A stretch of 64,000 bases of DNA from the human T2T-CHM13v2.0 reference genome, Homo sapiens: NCBI RefSeq assembly GCF_009914755.1, contig NC_060929.1. One strand, given 5' to 3'. Positions 13,840-29,306 of this stretch are shown here, one piece after another. The first letter of the stretch is position 1. Each line of letters starts with the position of its first letter. The notes beneath the pieces were generated by a model. That model saw only the letters and a program-made list of their open reading frames with translations. It did no database searches and was not told the origin of the DNA. A program made the translations under genes and the position numbers.

Positions 13840-14075
13840 GATTCTCACCCCTTGCTGTACTTCAGGGCATCCAGTTCACCTGGGAACTTGAAGGAAGGGA
13901 AAAGAGAAGAATAAACAGTACACACACACACAAACACACACACACATACACACACACACAAATATATATACCTACACTTTACCCTCTGAGATTCAGATTC
14001 CATTGTCTGGAAGTTGCCAGTCAACTGGTATTTTTTTAAAGCTCGCTGGGTGATTCTAATGTGAAGCCAGTGTTG
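13840..14075. mobile_element. MER5-like hAT relic containing (CA)n
   Basis: CTGAGATTCAGATTCCATTGTCTGG...GGTGATTCTAATGTGAAGCCAG. Confidence 0.55.
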
Positions 14076-14439
14076 ACAAAAGATGAACAAGGCAAATGGA
14101 GAGAAAAGGTAGCGTAGTCTTACCTTGTATAAAACACTGTCCTATAAGAAGGAGCCCCTGGGGTCTCCAGCCTGGGATTCTGCCCCTGCTGGCCACCCCA
14201 AAAGACCAAAGCAACCACTGATGGCTTTTCATTTTTCGATTGTACTCGAGAATTTTTGGCTTCTAATAGGTTTCTATTAGTGTTTACTGGGATACAAAAT
14301 TAGCCTAACTCCATTGCCTTTATCTAGGCTTTTCGTGAATCCGTAATGGATCCCTTTCTTTTCTCCCATCCCCAAAATTGGCCTCTTCAGACTAGTCATC
14401 TTGAGGGATCAGCCAGGTATTGCAGGAATGCTATTATTA

Positions 14440-14780
14440 CTCAAAATATGGTTGGGAACAGGTTTAGAATTGTTTTCATTGTGTGAGGACTTAAAAAAAA
14501 GAATCTCAGTGGTTGGGAATCTTTATCCTTTGAGAATAGGGTTTTTTTTTTAGGGCAAACCTAAGAGCCCTAAAAAAATTTGATGTCAAGTCAGGTGAAT
14601 GATGTTTCAAACTGGTAAAACCATTTTTGGTCAAAAATAGGGAGTGATTGAAATAACAGAATGATTTTTCTGAGCAGTTCCACAGAAAGTTCCAAAAATA
14701 TTTTGAGAAATGGCAACACCAATATAGGGGGATAAATGGTTTCCTTAAGTGACTGCCTTGAGGGAAATACTAATTTATGT
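14440..14780. mobile_element. MARNA-like mariner relic
   Basis: TTCCAAAAATATTTTGAGAAATGGCAACAC...GTGACTGCCTTGAGGG resembles the MARNA consensus as I recall it. Confidence 0.45.
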
Positions 14781-15041
14781 TTTTCCAATTAAAGTCATCT
14801 TTAAACTCAAGACCCAATTATTGTGTTTGTTTTTAAAGTTCATTGTCATTGCTCTTAAAGTTATGCCATAAAACCACATGGTGCAGTATGATTTGCTAAA
14901 ATACCCCTAATGAGATGTATGTCCTCTTAAGTAGGAGAGGTTTCCCTCTAAGAAACCCATAATCTGAAAGCATTAGCTCAGAGTGAATAAACTGGTGCCG
15001 TCACACGGTTTTGTTTCATTGTACTTGATATTAAGAAATAG

Positions 15042-15439
<398 letters not shown>

Positions 15440-16584
15440 AGAATAAGTTTTTTTTTTTTTTTTAAATACATGCTTATTGTAGAAAAGTTGAGAAATATAG
15501 TAAACTATAAAGAAGAAGATAACTCAAGTTCCTACTCCTATCAGAAAGAAAAAAAATATTTCTATTTTGTTGTATTTCCTTCCAGATTGTCCCAATACGT
15601 TTTTACATGCCTGAGATCACATTATATAATAAATTCTATATCCTGCATTTTAATTTATTAAATATCCCGCCAGTTTCATTTCCCCCATTAAAGGCTCTTA
15701 AGAAGCATAGTTCTTGGTGGCCTCATAACACCCTGTGGGTAGAGCTCATATTTACCACCAGAGCCCTAACCCAGTTCCTGAGAGGCTGGTGCAGTGCTGA
15801 GCAGGAAGACCTGGATGCCCCAAGGCAGTGCCCACTTCCTGCAGACTGAGATGGTACCACTCTCTAAGAAGCAACACTGGAGGGAGTGCTGTGGACACAG
15901 CCTGGATATTTCCCAGGATTCGCCAGTGGGAACCAATTGAAATTGGTGGAATCCACAGCACTTTGGGGCCACAGGACATTGTCCAAACATTCCATGGGTT
16001 GAAGATGTCTCAGAGCTCCCGTCACTTCCTTCTCACCTGATATTTTTAGCCATGATTCCAGCACTTCCCTCCTTGGGCTTCATCGTTTTACTTTGGTCTG
16101 AAGGAGGTACCAGCTTCTTCCCATGATTTCTTGAAAGCATGCAAAGAGAACACGGGAACAAAAGAAGAACACTGCATGGAAAAAAGTGCATCTAGAAAAA
16201 CACTTCTCATTTTTTTCTGTCCCAATAAACAGGTTAAATTGTAATGGCTTTGATTGCCCATGCCTGTGTCTTACCTGTTGGCTATAATACCCACCTATTC
16301 ACTCTCCCTCTCAAGAAAGCATATCTGAATACAAGGGAAGGATGAGGTTACGTTAGTAACAGTGCTTAGTGGTCATCACTAGTCCTAAACGTTTGTTGTG
16401 GTGGTTAGGGGATGAATTAAATGGCTTAGCTTTTACAGGTATTGTCTTTCCATGTGGAACCTACCTTAAGTTTTGCCACTTTATTACTGAGATGCAGTCA
16501 CCTTCAATCTGAAGATCCAGTGAGAACTGGTACAAAGATCTGTTACCATAAATCCTGCCCTGTAGAATTTTTGAAAAAAACAAA

Positions 16585-16595
16585 ACACACACACA

Positions 16596-16637
<42 letters not shown>
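16585..16637. repeat. (CA)n microsatellite
   Basis: Direct reading. Confidence 0.95.
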
Positions 16638-16641
<4 letters not shown>

Positions 16642-16783
16642 CCACCTTTCAAAATCTATTACACTGGCTCTTTTTATTCTTTTTATCCATGATTAATGTC
16701 TTCAGGATGGTCAAATTGGTATAATTTCCTACTTTTTAAACTTTTGACTGAATTTAAGTTATAGAAGCAAGAATCTGTTAGCA

Positions 16784-17082
<299 letters not shown>

Positions 17083-18557
17083 AGCATTTTTTAAAGCTAT
17101 TTTTGCAGATGAAATACTTGGAAGTCTGAGAATTTTTATGGATGCTTTACAAGCAATTTTAAGAGCAAAACGCTGTCAGAAGATAAGGCCTTGGATGTGA
17201 TTATAGCGCAATATCAACTGTCATGTCATTTTAGATTGATATTACTTAATTCTTCCCTGTTTTTTCTAGCTATCTTAAGAATTGAATACATGGTCATAGT
17301 CTGAGGTAGTTTTAGGGAAAGGTGCCCTGTGGCCAGAGCAGCTGGGCCATTCTACTTAGATAGCCTTTAAGTAAAAGGGTTCTTAGACTACTTGTAATAG
17401 TCCAAGACTCTTAATTTATAAATATCACTAGTCTTTTATTTGCAGGTGGAATTCTGCTGGAAGGCACTTAGGATTGCCCTTGTTATTTGCCCACAGGGAA
17501 ATTGCTTCCTGATACTCTAGACAGATCCACAGCTATATGGGAGTCAGAGATGCATTGTCTCATCATAGTTGGATTCTGTCACTAAAATAGTATTTCGTCC
17601 AGAAAATTTTGCATTTGGAGAGAGAATTTGGTGTTAATAGTAGCAATGAGAGACATCTTACTTCAGTGTTATAGTGTTCAGGGAATGATGCGTCATTCGG
17701 ATTTTGAGACTATTTTTAGTGAAAAATACTTTTCTGCTGCTCGTTAGAAAAACATCACAGGGCTGGGGAATAAAAGAATTTTTGCTTCTATAGAAACCCG
17801 GCACTTCCAGGTATGACTAGAACACTTACTCAAAGTAAAAAGAAAACCTGTTATTTTATAGTAAGTTGTTTACATCTCCCAACCATCTTGTCTTTGGAGA
17901 ACCAGGTCTTTTTCCAGTGGGTGTTGCTTATGCAGAACAGCTTTTGTTCACAGCAGGGACAAGTTAATGCATTGCGTGCACGACATAAACGGTCTCCATC
18001 TTACAATCAGGATGTGTTCCAAACCTTCATTTGTAAGGCATTTGTTTAAAACTCAGAATGTGCTTGTCCATAGAAACAGTGGTATAAGTGATGGTTGGAG
18101 GGCCAAGCTACTCCACCAAAGCCTATTTAATGCATCATGTAACTAAACTCATACACAGTTATGCTTCATACACTCTGGAAGGAGGGATCTCATATAATAT
18201 AACAGGAGGAGGAGGAAGAGAAAATCTTTGTCTTCTTACTTCCAAGAATCTCTCTTCCTTCATTTTTAAATTTTGTTCATCCTCCTCCTTTTGGGAGGGG
18301 ACAGAGGGATTCCTGTCTCTCAGTATCCTATGCTGATGAAACAACTCTCCCCCACACCTACCCTAAAAATCTCTCCGTACAGCTGAATTCAAAATAGAAG
18401 GAATCGGATCATTTGACTTTACACATTTTTATGCCATTCACCATAGCCCTATGGCCCACTAGTTTTTAAATACAGTGTTTCCTAGCTATATGATTCTCTA
18501 ATTAGTGAATTTCTGGTCAGTGTTACAGACTGAAGACTGATTTAGAAAGAAAAATGG

Positions 18558-19162
<605 letters not shown>

Positions 19163-19177
19163 ATTGTTCCTCGAAGT

Positions 19178-19373
19178 CAGTGGTTCTGATGAACTGGGCT
19201 TGATATTGCCCCCCAGGGGACATTTGGCAATGTCTAGAGACATGTTTGATTGTCACATTTGGACCTCTAGTGGATAGAGGCCAGCGATGCTGCCTAACGT
19301 CCTGTACTGCATAGGACAACCACCCACAGCAATTATCCAGCTTATAAGGTCAATGATGCTAAGGTTGAGAAAG
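19178..19373. mobile_element. MER20 (hAT)
   Basis: CAGTGGTTCT...GGGGACATTTGGCAATGTCT...AAGGTTGAGAAA. Confidence 0.75.
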
Positions 19374-19376
19374 TGC

Positions 19377-19466
19377 GTCTACGGCCATACCACCCTGAAC
19401 ACGCCCGATCTCGTCTGATCTCGGAAGCTAAGCAGGGTCGGGCCTGGTTAGTACTTGGATGGGAGA
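19377..19466 (+). pseudogene. 5S rRNA retropseudogene, nt 1-90, 3'-truncated, no poly(A)
   Basis: GTCTACGGCCATACCACCCTGAACaCGCCCGATCTCGTCTGATCTCGGAAGCTAAGCAGGGTCGGGCCTGGTTAGTACTTGGATGGGAGA, one mismatch to human 5S as I recall it; 10-bp TSD GAGAAAGTGC. Confidence 0.95.
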
Positions 19467-20362
19467 AAGTGCTTTAAACATGTCCTAAAGTATGGGAGTT
19501 ATCTACAGGTGTTATATTATGTCAAATAGCTTGGGAAATCCAGGATTAAGAGTTTACTAGGTGTGGTGGGGTGTCTGGTAGTGGTCAGGTCCTCTGCTCT
19601 GACCCTCTCCCCAGGTCCCCCAATCCAGACATTTGAAATTAGCATACCCTCTAATTCAGATGGACAGAAATGTATTGAGAGCCTACTGTGCAGCAGCAGA
19701 GTTGTCAATACTAGAGATACAGCAGGGAATCAACAGGGGTGTCTGTCCTCACCAAGCTTATATTCTCATGGGGGAAAAATAATTAACTATATAAGTGTGT
19801 GTCTGTATAGAGAAAGAGGTAAAAGGGAGTGATAGAAGCTGCTAAGTGCTATGAAGGATAAAGAAATAAAGCAGGGAGTGGGGGTAAAAGAATTAGGGAG
19901 AAATTGGAATTTGAAACGAGAAAGTCAGGAAAGGCCTCATTGAGAATTTTACAACTCTCTCCCTTCTGTATAAGAACTTTGAAAATCAGAAAACTCCAGG
20001 TAATTTCCATTCAGGGCTGGAGTACATTGAGAGGAGAGGGAAATGAGATGTCAAGAGTAGGGGCTGAAGTGTGTGGATCTTTGATGTATTCTGCTGGCTT
20101 GTGGGTTGCCTTCACTGGATTCCTCAGCCTGTGGTGGGCATAGCCTGGCATGGCTCTTATAGACACAGGATGTTTGGCAAACATATTGACAGCTGAAAGC
20201 AGAGCTGCTGAGCTGCATTATCATGAATCCACCGCAAGCGTCTAGCCTGGAGCTGCTTTTCACCCCAAGACAACAGCAGTTGGAACCTGTGAATGTCATC
20301 CAGTAGGTGGGATAGGGCATGGGGGATGCTCGATTCTTCCCACTCGCAAGAATAACAGTTCC

Positions 20363-20682
20363 AGCCCAGGCACAGTAGCTCATGCCTGTAATCCCAGCAC
20401 TTTGGGAGGCCAAGGCAGGAGGACTGCTTGAGCTCAGGAGTTCGAGATCAGCTTGCGCAACGTGGCGAAATCTCATCTCTACAAAAAATACAAAAATTAC
20501 CCAGGTGTGGTGTCATGCTACTTGGGAGGCTATACTCCCAGCAACTTGGGAGGCTGAGGTGGGAGGATCACTTTAGCCCGGGAGGTTGAGGCTGCAGAGA
20601 GCCATGATTGCATCACTGCATTCCAGCCTGGGTGACAGAGTGAGACCCTGTCTCAAAAAACAAAAAAAAAACAAACAAAAAA
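20363..20682 (+). mobile_element. AluJ
   Basis: Diverged Alu dimer; TSD ACAGTTCC. Confidence 0.9.
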
Positions 20683-20808
20683 ACACAGTTCCGTCTTTTT
20701 TGGATAACAACCTATTTCCTTATAGCTGTCTTCTCATATATAAGAAAGAGATTTTTTTTAAAGTGTGGCCTTTTTAAAAAAAATTATTATTTGAAAAAAT
20801 CCATTTAG

Positions 20809-20873
20809 GACACAGCGCCTTACATCTCGCAGCCAAGAACAGCCACCATGAATGCATCAGGAAGCTGCTTCAG
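20809..20873 (+). CDS. RAI14: RAI14 coding exon, 65 nt (GHSALHLAAKNSHHECIRKLLQ)
   Basis: catttag acceptor, CAG|gtaagc donor, ankyrin motif, phase consistent. Confidence 0.96.
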
Positions 20874-22654
20874 GTAAGCTGGTGACAACTTAGAATTATA
20901 AATGTGTCGGTTTTACAATTTGAAAGTAATCATATTTGTGAAAGAACAAACACACCCTCCATACACACTCCTTTAAATACTGTCCCCAAACCTGTGTTTC
21001 CTAAGAAGCTTCATGATTGAAATGATAGCCAAGGAGAAGACTGTCTCCATAGCAACTCCACTGGCAGAGAAGAGGATCTAATCAAAATTGGAGTGTCTTT
21101 TTTGGGATCTAGCCTTTTTCTCCCCTTTATTTGGTTCCTTCTTTTCTTTGCTGAAGGACTTACACCCTCTAAATAGTGTAAGTTTTTAAAACATCGGTTT
21201 CTAAGCTGTTGGAGATCCTTACCACACAGGATCTCCAGTATCCTAGTATTGTGAAATCATCAGTAGAATGCAGCTCTTCTTTGAGAAGCAAACTTTCAAC
21301 CATTATTTCCTCATATGTAACTTGATGAGCTTCAGTTCTTGGGTTTTGTTTAAGTCCTTGGTTTTATTCTTCTTTATAATTTTCAGCCAACTCCCTGGTT
21401 CAATAATCTTGCCAGGAAGTTTGTAATGATCCCTTAAAGTGACAACTTCCATAAATCTTTAAAGATGAATATTTAATGAACTCCCAATAGCCATCCATAC
21501 GGTAACATCCAGTTGTTGCCAGTCAAAATGCAAACTGGCTGTTTTCAGGAACAGCATAGAGCAATAAAATACGTGTTTGCTTGTACTGTCTGTTCTGTTG
21601 AACTGTTGTCTTGGCCTTCACAAGCACTATTTGGGACCCAGCATCTTGCTTTAATTTGGCTTTGAAATTCTAATGCAGAAATGTGATCACATTCTTCAAC
21701 TTGTCCTGTGCTGTTGATCACACAGCTTCTTGTCTTGCGTTACATGATGCAAGCTATTGCCAGTTCCAAGAACGCTTAACCTTAACAGGTCTTTGAAGCT
21801 AAATTCAAGAAAAATAGATTAATGTCTGTGATGTTGTATTATGAGGCTTCCCTTTGAAGACAACTAAAATAGAACTTTTCTTACCTGCCTCTTCTGGGAC
21901 CAGACACTCTGGATAAGTGAAAATCATTGCTCAAGCTCTCTGCCTCCATATCCTTGGCCCTACCTCAATTTTTAAGTAATTGATTTATGTTTTAAATCTC
22001 CATTCCCATTCTGGCTTGGCTATCCAGACTTTGCATCTGACTCTGATTTTAAGGAAGAATTAACCTGACAAGCTGGATGTTCTCGTGGGCAAGAACCAGA
22101 TATTCTAGTCTCTAATGTAATCTTATATCTGGTTATGCAAATGGATTGGTTTTTCTTCGGAATCTTTGAAGCCTTTAAACAGTTCCTTGTGCTGCTTTAA
22201 AATTAGGCCAAAGCATGGTAAGTCGTAACTTAATCTCCATTCTTCTTACCACGAAAGGGCAGACATTTCACTAGCGTGGTAGTGTGTTATTACCTCCTCT
22301 CACTGCCAAACCATTCAGATTGTTCTTCTTCCTGGATGGTGGTTAAAACCTCAGCTGTGTCCTCCTGTTGGGCTGTTTTCCCAGGTCCTGTTCCTCTTTG
22401 CACTCTAGCCAGTTCTTCACCTCTTGTCTCAGTAGCCCAGGCTCTCTGTGCTGTGATCCCCATTACCTCCTGCTGCCCCCCACTCCTATACTCTCTGCAT
22501 TTATGGATCTCCCTGGGCTCTCCAGGCTTTTGCTCTTATTGCCCGTCTGCTGGAGCCATTCCCCCTCTCCAGTGGCTACCAAGGTAAAGTTCTTCCTTCT
22601 CACGGCAATGAGCACAAATAGAGCCTTTTGAGATTCTTCAAATAAGCTCTCTCA

Positions 22655-23017
<363 letters not shown>

Positions 23018-23019
23018 TC

Positions 23020-24580
23020 ATACTGTGTTTCTTGGGCACTGTGCACCGTGTCAAGCAGTGACAAACAGCAGCCCCTATCCCAGTGGAGCTCCCAGTCTGG
23101 TAAACAATCCACAAATAAACATTACAGATTGCACAGCAGTAAAAAGGAAGCTAACGGGTTACTGTAAGAGAGGAATCAGAGGTGGAGGTTCATGGAAGGC
23201 CTCGTGAAGGAGGTGATATTTAAGCTGAGACCTCCCAAGGATGCAAAGAGCCACAAGGAAAGCATTCTAAGCAAATGGTACAATGTGTGCAAAGGACCTG
23301 AGGTCAGAAAGGTGCTGGCCAGGGAGGGAAGAATGCCAATGTGTGGGCCTGGGGCAGAGCAAGTAAGGAGGAAAGCAGCACAGGATGTAGGGCCTTTTGT
23401 ATGTCATGATGGGCTTGACTGCAGTTCATCCTAAGTACAGCATGGAAGTGTGAGGGGCTTTTAAGTAGACAGTGAGAGTCACAGTTTTAAAAGAGAATTC
23501 TGTTTCTTTAGAGAATTGATAAAAAGGGGAAAAATGCAGAACTGGGGAGACGTGCCAGGAGGCTACCTTAGCTGTTCAGGTGAGAAGACGCTGTCCTAGA
23601 AAAGGGTGTCGGGAACAAGAAAGGGAAGAGGGTAGAGTGGAGGCGAGTTTTGGAGAAAAAAGTTGACAGGGCATGGTGGTCCACTACATGTGGGGTGAGG
23701 AAGAGGGGTCGGGGAAGGGGGTGGAGGATGAGGAGGAATCAAAGCTGAATCGCTGGTTTCTGGCTCAATGTCTAGACTGATGATGATGCTGTTGATGGAG
23801 AAGGCAGTCAGGGAGGAGCAGGTGGGGCACGGGGGAGGGGAAGCCAGAGATTTTGGCTGGGCCTTTGAGATGCTAATAAGACATCAGAGCAGAGATGTGA
23901 AGTAGGCAGTGGGTTATCAAGCCTAGCGCTTGAAGATGACAACTTTTGTGTATGAGTAAGAATACAGGCCCTAGCCCAGCCTGTCTGAGTTTGAATCTTG
24001 GCTCTGCCATTTACTGCGACTTGAGCAAATTATCAACTTTTTTGTGCCTCCGTTTCTTCATCTGAAAGTGGAAGTAATGATAGTATCCACCTCGTGTTGT
24101 TAGGGGACATAAAGCAGTTCTTTGAACAGTGCCTGGCACGTGAGAGCTAATACTTACATAGCACTTATTGTTGTCACTGTTAGGACCTCCGCATTTGGGA
24201 GTCACTAGCGTTCATTCTTCTAGATGATATTTCAGGTTGTGGGTGTGGAGGAGCTTACCAGGGAAAAGAGCTTAGAGGAAGAACACTGAGGAGCCCTGAG
24301 GTTTTCTGTTTGGCTAGAGGAGGAGCCGCAAGAGGAAAAGCAGAATAAGATGAGCCAAGCAGGGCTCTAGGAGCTGAGAGGTTGGAGAGAGGAGGACAGA
24401 AATGTTTATCGTCATTGGAAACATGAAGGTTTTTGGTGACCTTGACCAAGGCCATCTCCTTGGACTCGAGAGGGGACACCCAACTGCAGTGGTTTTGGGA
24501 GTGAATGGAGGTGAGGGTGCGTGGACTGCATGTGGGTAATCCTTAAGAGAAAGCTGGTTTCGTGAAGGGGGACAGAAAGG
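23020..24580. mobile_element. Degenerate L2 with an embedded MIR (~23960-24180)
   Basis: L2-like phrases (GGAGGTGATATTTAAGCTGAGACCT, TGTGCAAAGGACCTGAGG, TTGGTGACCTTGACCAAG); MIR core TTTGAATCTTGGCTCTGCCATTTACT. Confidence 0.65.
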
Positions 24581-24896
24581 GCAGGAGATGGGGGAAAAGA
24601 AAGGATTAAGATGAGAGAGCCTAGAGTATGTCTATTAGCTGGTGGGGTGCTGGAGTGATGAGGGAAGGAGAGGAACAGATAGGTGAAGCAGCAAAGAGGG
24701 GAGAGTTTGCCCATCCCAAAGACATGAGTCTCCTTCCCCATAGGAGACTGTAGGCCCCTGGAACACAGCAGCTGGGGCTTATTTATGTTAATAGTCTTCC
24801 TAATAAGTCACATCATACCTTGCAGGAAAAGTCTGAACTGAATAGAATTGGGGCAGGGTATTTTATTATATGGATGTATTTATTTTTGTCTTATAG

Positions 24897-24954
24897 TCTA
24901 AATGCCCAGCCGAAAGTGTCGACAGCTCTGGGAAAACAGCTTTACATTATGCAG
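24897..24954 (+). CDS. RAI14: RAI14 coding exon, 58 nt (SKCPAESVDSSGKTALHYA)
   Basis: tcttatag acceptor, G|gtaact donor. Confidence 0.96.
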
Positions 24955-25680
24955 GTAACTTTCATTCTCCTATTTGTCTTCTTCTGCCATTAGAAACACC
25001 AACTTTTCTTTTTCCTTATTCAGGCCATTAACCTTCCATACTATTCCTGGTGCTCTTTTCTGTCATCATTTCTAAACATTCCCATTTTACTCTGTTTGTA
25101 AAACATACACAGTTTTACCGAGGCATATGCCTAGAATTCATCAATTCCTTTGCCACCTAACCACTGAAAATTATCACGATTAATATATTTTAACTAATTT
25201 AAGGTTTCTTTTTAAACTAAGAGATATTCTAAGCATTTGTAGATTTCAGGTAATGTGTGATACAGACTTTTTGATTTGAGGATTATTATGAACATCAGTC
25301 AATTTTATTTACTAATATTTTGTTTAGTATGATTACACAACTTGAAGTGACAAACGTTGACACTGAACTATGAGTGATTAGATTTACACATGTGTTTTAT
25401 TGCTAGTTGTGGAAAAGCTAAGTCCTGTGAAAACCTGAGCCAAATATTTGCCTAAAGGCAACTGGCAGTCATTGGCTTTAGGCCTGCATAACTCTGAAAT
25501 TAAGCAGTAATTTTAAACACCTCACTCCTAACCTTCCTAATACCATTTCTCTTCAATGCAACTAGAGTGAATATATGTAGAGTGGGTAGAACATGAACAT
25601 TTCCTTCCTGAAGTATCTGATACCCCTGGTTGTGAATAACTGTGTGATTGGCTGTGGTATTTATATTTTCCTTCCCCCAG

Positions 25681-25751
25681 CGGCTCAGGGCTGCCTTCAA
25701 GCTGTGCAGATTCTCTGCGAACACAAGAGCCCCATAAACCTCAAAGATTTG
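25681..25751 (+). CDS. RAI14: RAI14 coding exon, 71 nt ([24 protein letters not shown])
   Basis: cttcccccag acceptor, TTG|gtaagt donor. Confidence 0.96.
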
Positions 25752-25840
25752 GTAAGTACCAGGTGGTCACTAGAGGCAGAGGTAGACATTGGTTTCTAGA
25801 GCTCAATGGGATACCTCTAGAGTCACTGAGACTTTAGACT

Positions 25841-26148
25841 AGCAGTCTCCAACCTTTTTGGCATCAGGGGCTGATTTTGAGGAAGATAATTTTTCCATGG
25901 ATGGGGGTGGGGATGGTTTCAGGATGAAACTACTGCAGCTCAGGTCATCAGGCATTGGAGTGCACAACCTAGATCCCTCACGTGCTCAGTTCACAATAGG
26001 GTTTGTGCTCCTATGAGAATCCAGTACTGCTGCTGATCTTATAGGCAGTACTGCTCACTCGCCTGCCACTTACTCCCCGCTGTGCAGCCAGATCCTAACA
26101 GGCCACAGACTGGTACTGATCTGCAGCCCCTGGGTTGGGTACTCCTGT
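25841..26148. mobile_element. MER1B-like hAT element
   Basis: AGCAGTCTCCAACCTTTTTGGCA...GGGTTGGGTACTCCTG. Confidence 0.7.
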
Positions 26149-26232
26149 TTTAGACAACTAAGTATTGGGCAAATTCTATTGCTTTTCAACCTAGATTCTC
26201 TTCTGCAAAATGGATTTATGTATTACTCTTAA

Positions 26233-26736
<504 letters not shown>

Positions 26737-28108
26737 TTAATTAGCTTCTAAAACATTAGTAAAACATTTTGCAGCATATATTTCCTATATAGGTATATTT
26801 ATTTCTACGGCTATACATGTTTTCTACCATCAATGTAATTACAAATAAAGCTTAATTTCTTGATTTTTAAAAATAAGTCTAAATAGAAATTTTACTACTT
26901 TCTTTCTGCACTTGGATAACTTCTACGTAGAATCTCCCAACTTTGAAGACCATTACTAGGCTATTTTAACTTCACCAGGCTACTTTGAGAATAAATTTAT
27001 ATACCTATCACATGGTTCTGTCATGGGGTTATATTTCATGTTGCAGCATGAGAACTGACATGCATACACTTATATTTGATGGAGATGCTGTGAAGTGACT
27101 AGATAGAATCTGTAAATAAATTCATATTCCTTGAAGTTCAGTACTTCCTAAGCAGAAAGTAGTATAACTTCACAGAGATAGTGCCCAGAAATCTATCTGA
27201 AATTCTTTATGACAATACTCAATCTTTAAGTAGCACTTGTATTTTTAAATAGTTGGATATATTGTAACATCTTTTCCCTTTGCCTATTGAATGCTTCTAC
27301 CTTAAAACTCACTGTCGATGGATTTATAGGGTATATTCCAGAAAAAAAACAAAATAACAACTTCTCTTTATGGTTTGTGTCAGACCTAAGATTACAAAAA
27401 ATACTTATGTATATTCTTCTAGTATTTTTCATCATTTGTTTTATATTGTAATGTTTAAATGCTTAATCCACCTGACATAGTTTGTATATGAGTTGGAGAC
27501 CTAGATTTCCTTTTTCCCAAAGGGGTTGCAATTGTCATGACATAATTATTCTTTCTATCCATTTCTTTATCTAGTCATGTGTTAGTAACAGACATAGGCT
27601 CTTAATTTATGTTATATTTTGATACATAGCAAGATTACTAAAGGGTACACTTTCGGTAAAAGTGGAATGGCAGGATATATAATGATTAGTGCACTGGGAA
27701 TAAGCTGCCTACAGGGCAGTGGGATCTTCTGGTGTCGTGCGGAGACACGCCCTTCCTTTCTCCAGCACCGTCCCTCAGTATACCCGGTACACTTGCCTTG
27801 AGCCTTTACACACTTTGTGTTCTGTCCTCTCTCACAGTCACCCAAACAGTGATAGCCAAGGGCATAAGCAGCCGCAAGAAGCTGGAGCTCCTATGTAAAA
27901 GCTAGCATTCAGTAAAATTCCATAACAAGAGTTGTGCCAACATACAATCGTGACTCTATAGGGGTACAGAATATCAGGTTGGACCAGATACTAGATCAGC
28001 AGTCAGCAGTCCAAGTCAGGAGAAAAATGTGCAAAAAACAGGGGCTGACTTTTGCAATTCTGGCATTTTGTGCCTGAGGTAAAATCTAAATCTGAATTTG
28101 TCTCCTAG

Positions 28109-28215
28109 GATGGGAATATACCGCTGCTGCTTGCTGTACAAAATGGTCACAGTGAGATCTGTCACTTTCTCCTGGATCATGGAGCAGATGTCAATTCCAG
28201 GAACAAAAGTGGAAG
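28109..28215 (+). CDS. RAI14: RAI14 coding exon, 107 nt ([35 protein letters not shown])
   Basis: tctcctag acceptor, AG|gtactc donor, ankyrin motif. Confidence 0.96.
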
Positions 28216-28864
28216 GTACTCCAGAATTAGGCAGAAATCATGTGACTTCAGTGATACCCACATTCTGAGAGTATTTCAAAATATCACAGCTATATTTTGG
28301 ATCATTTGTTATAAGGGATTTTTAACTTCTTACCTTTTTAAAGTTCTACTGTTTCTGATAATCAAGAATCTATGTTGACTTTAAAGCAATTTTCCCCAGA
28401 CATCTGTGGACATCATTGCTGGCTAAGTCTGTGAGGAGACTATTAAATGCTAATGTGAATAAACAATTTCCTGTGACTTTCTATGCAAAATAAAACAAAC
28501 CTATTGGTTGTTTTGGAGAAATGGTCTTAGAAATATATATGTTATTTAAAATGCTTGAGGTAAAACAAGGATAAGATTCATGCCAGTCATATTAAATCCC
28601 ATCATATTATGCCAAATAGTATAGAAGATTGTGTTGTTTGACAAAATGTGGTTTAATGTTTTGATTTAATCTGAAGTTTAAAAAAAAAAAAAAACCACCT
28701 AATTTCATCTTGATTGCATTCCACTTCGAATTCCCTGAAGATTAAGTGTAATAAAGGTTTAACTGCACTTAATCTTCTTTTCTCTTTTTTTAAGACAACT
28801 GATTTCCCAAGAAAGACTTTTTACATTCTCTTAGTACTAATTTTGTGTCTCTTTTTTCCTTTAG

Positions 28865-29043
28865 AACTGCTCTCATGCTGGCCTGTGAGATTGGCAGCTC
28901 TAACGCTGTGGAAGCCTTAATTAAAAAGGGTGCAGACCTAAACCTTGTAGATTCTCTTGGATACAATGCCTTACATTATTCCAAACTCTCAGAAAATGCA
29001 GGAATTCAAAGCCTTCTATTATCAAAAATCTCTCAGGATGCTG
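28865..29043 (+). CDS. RAI14: RAI14 coding exon, 179 nt ([10 protein letters not shown]...SKISQDA)
   Basis: Polypyrimidine tract + ag, G|gtatgt donor; lies inside ORF 28845-29051. Confidence 0.97.
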
Positions 29044-29277
29044 GTATGTAAAAGAAAATAGCCAATGTTGTTTTAAGTTTATCCACTCCATTTTCCCCAA
29101 AGGATAAAGGAATGTGTGCAATATGATATATTTTATTATTCTTTTAAACATATTCTTGAAAAAAAAAGGAGTGTTAAAAAATATTGTATATGGTGTATGT
29201 GTGTGTATCCCCCCACCCAAAGTGAATATGAATCATTATGCTTCTTATAGTTCTTTTTTTCACTTTTTCCTCTATAG

Positions 29278-29306
29278 ATTTAAAGACCCCAACAAAACCA
29301 AAGCAG
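29278..29306 (+). CDS. RAI14: RAI14 29-nt micro-exon (DLKTPTKPKQ)
   Basis: Long pyrimidine tract + tatag, CAG|gtattt; needed to restore the frame (phase 1 to phase 0). Confidence 0.92.

Noticed and set aside
19377-19466. Functional 5S rRNA gene
   Set aside because: Lacks the 3' ~30 nt and the T4 terminator; has a TSD; solitary copy
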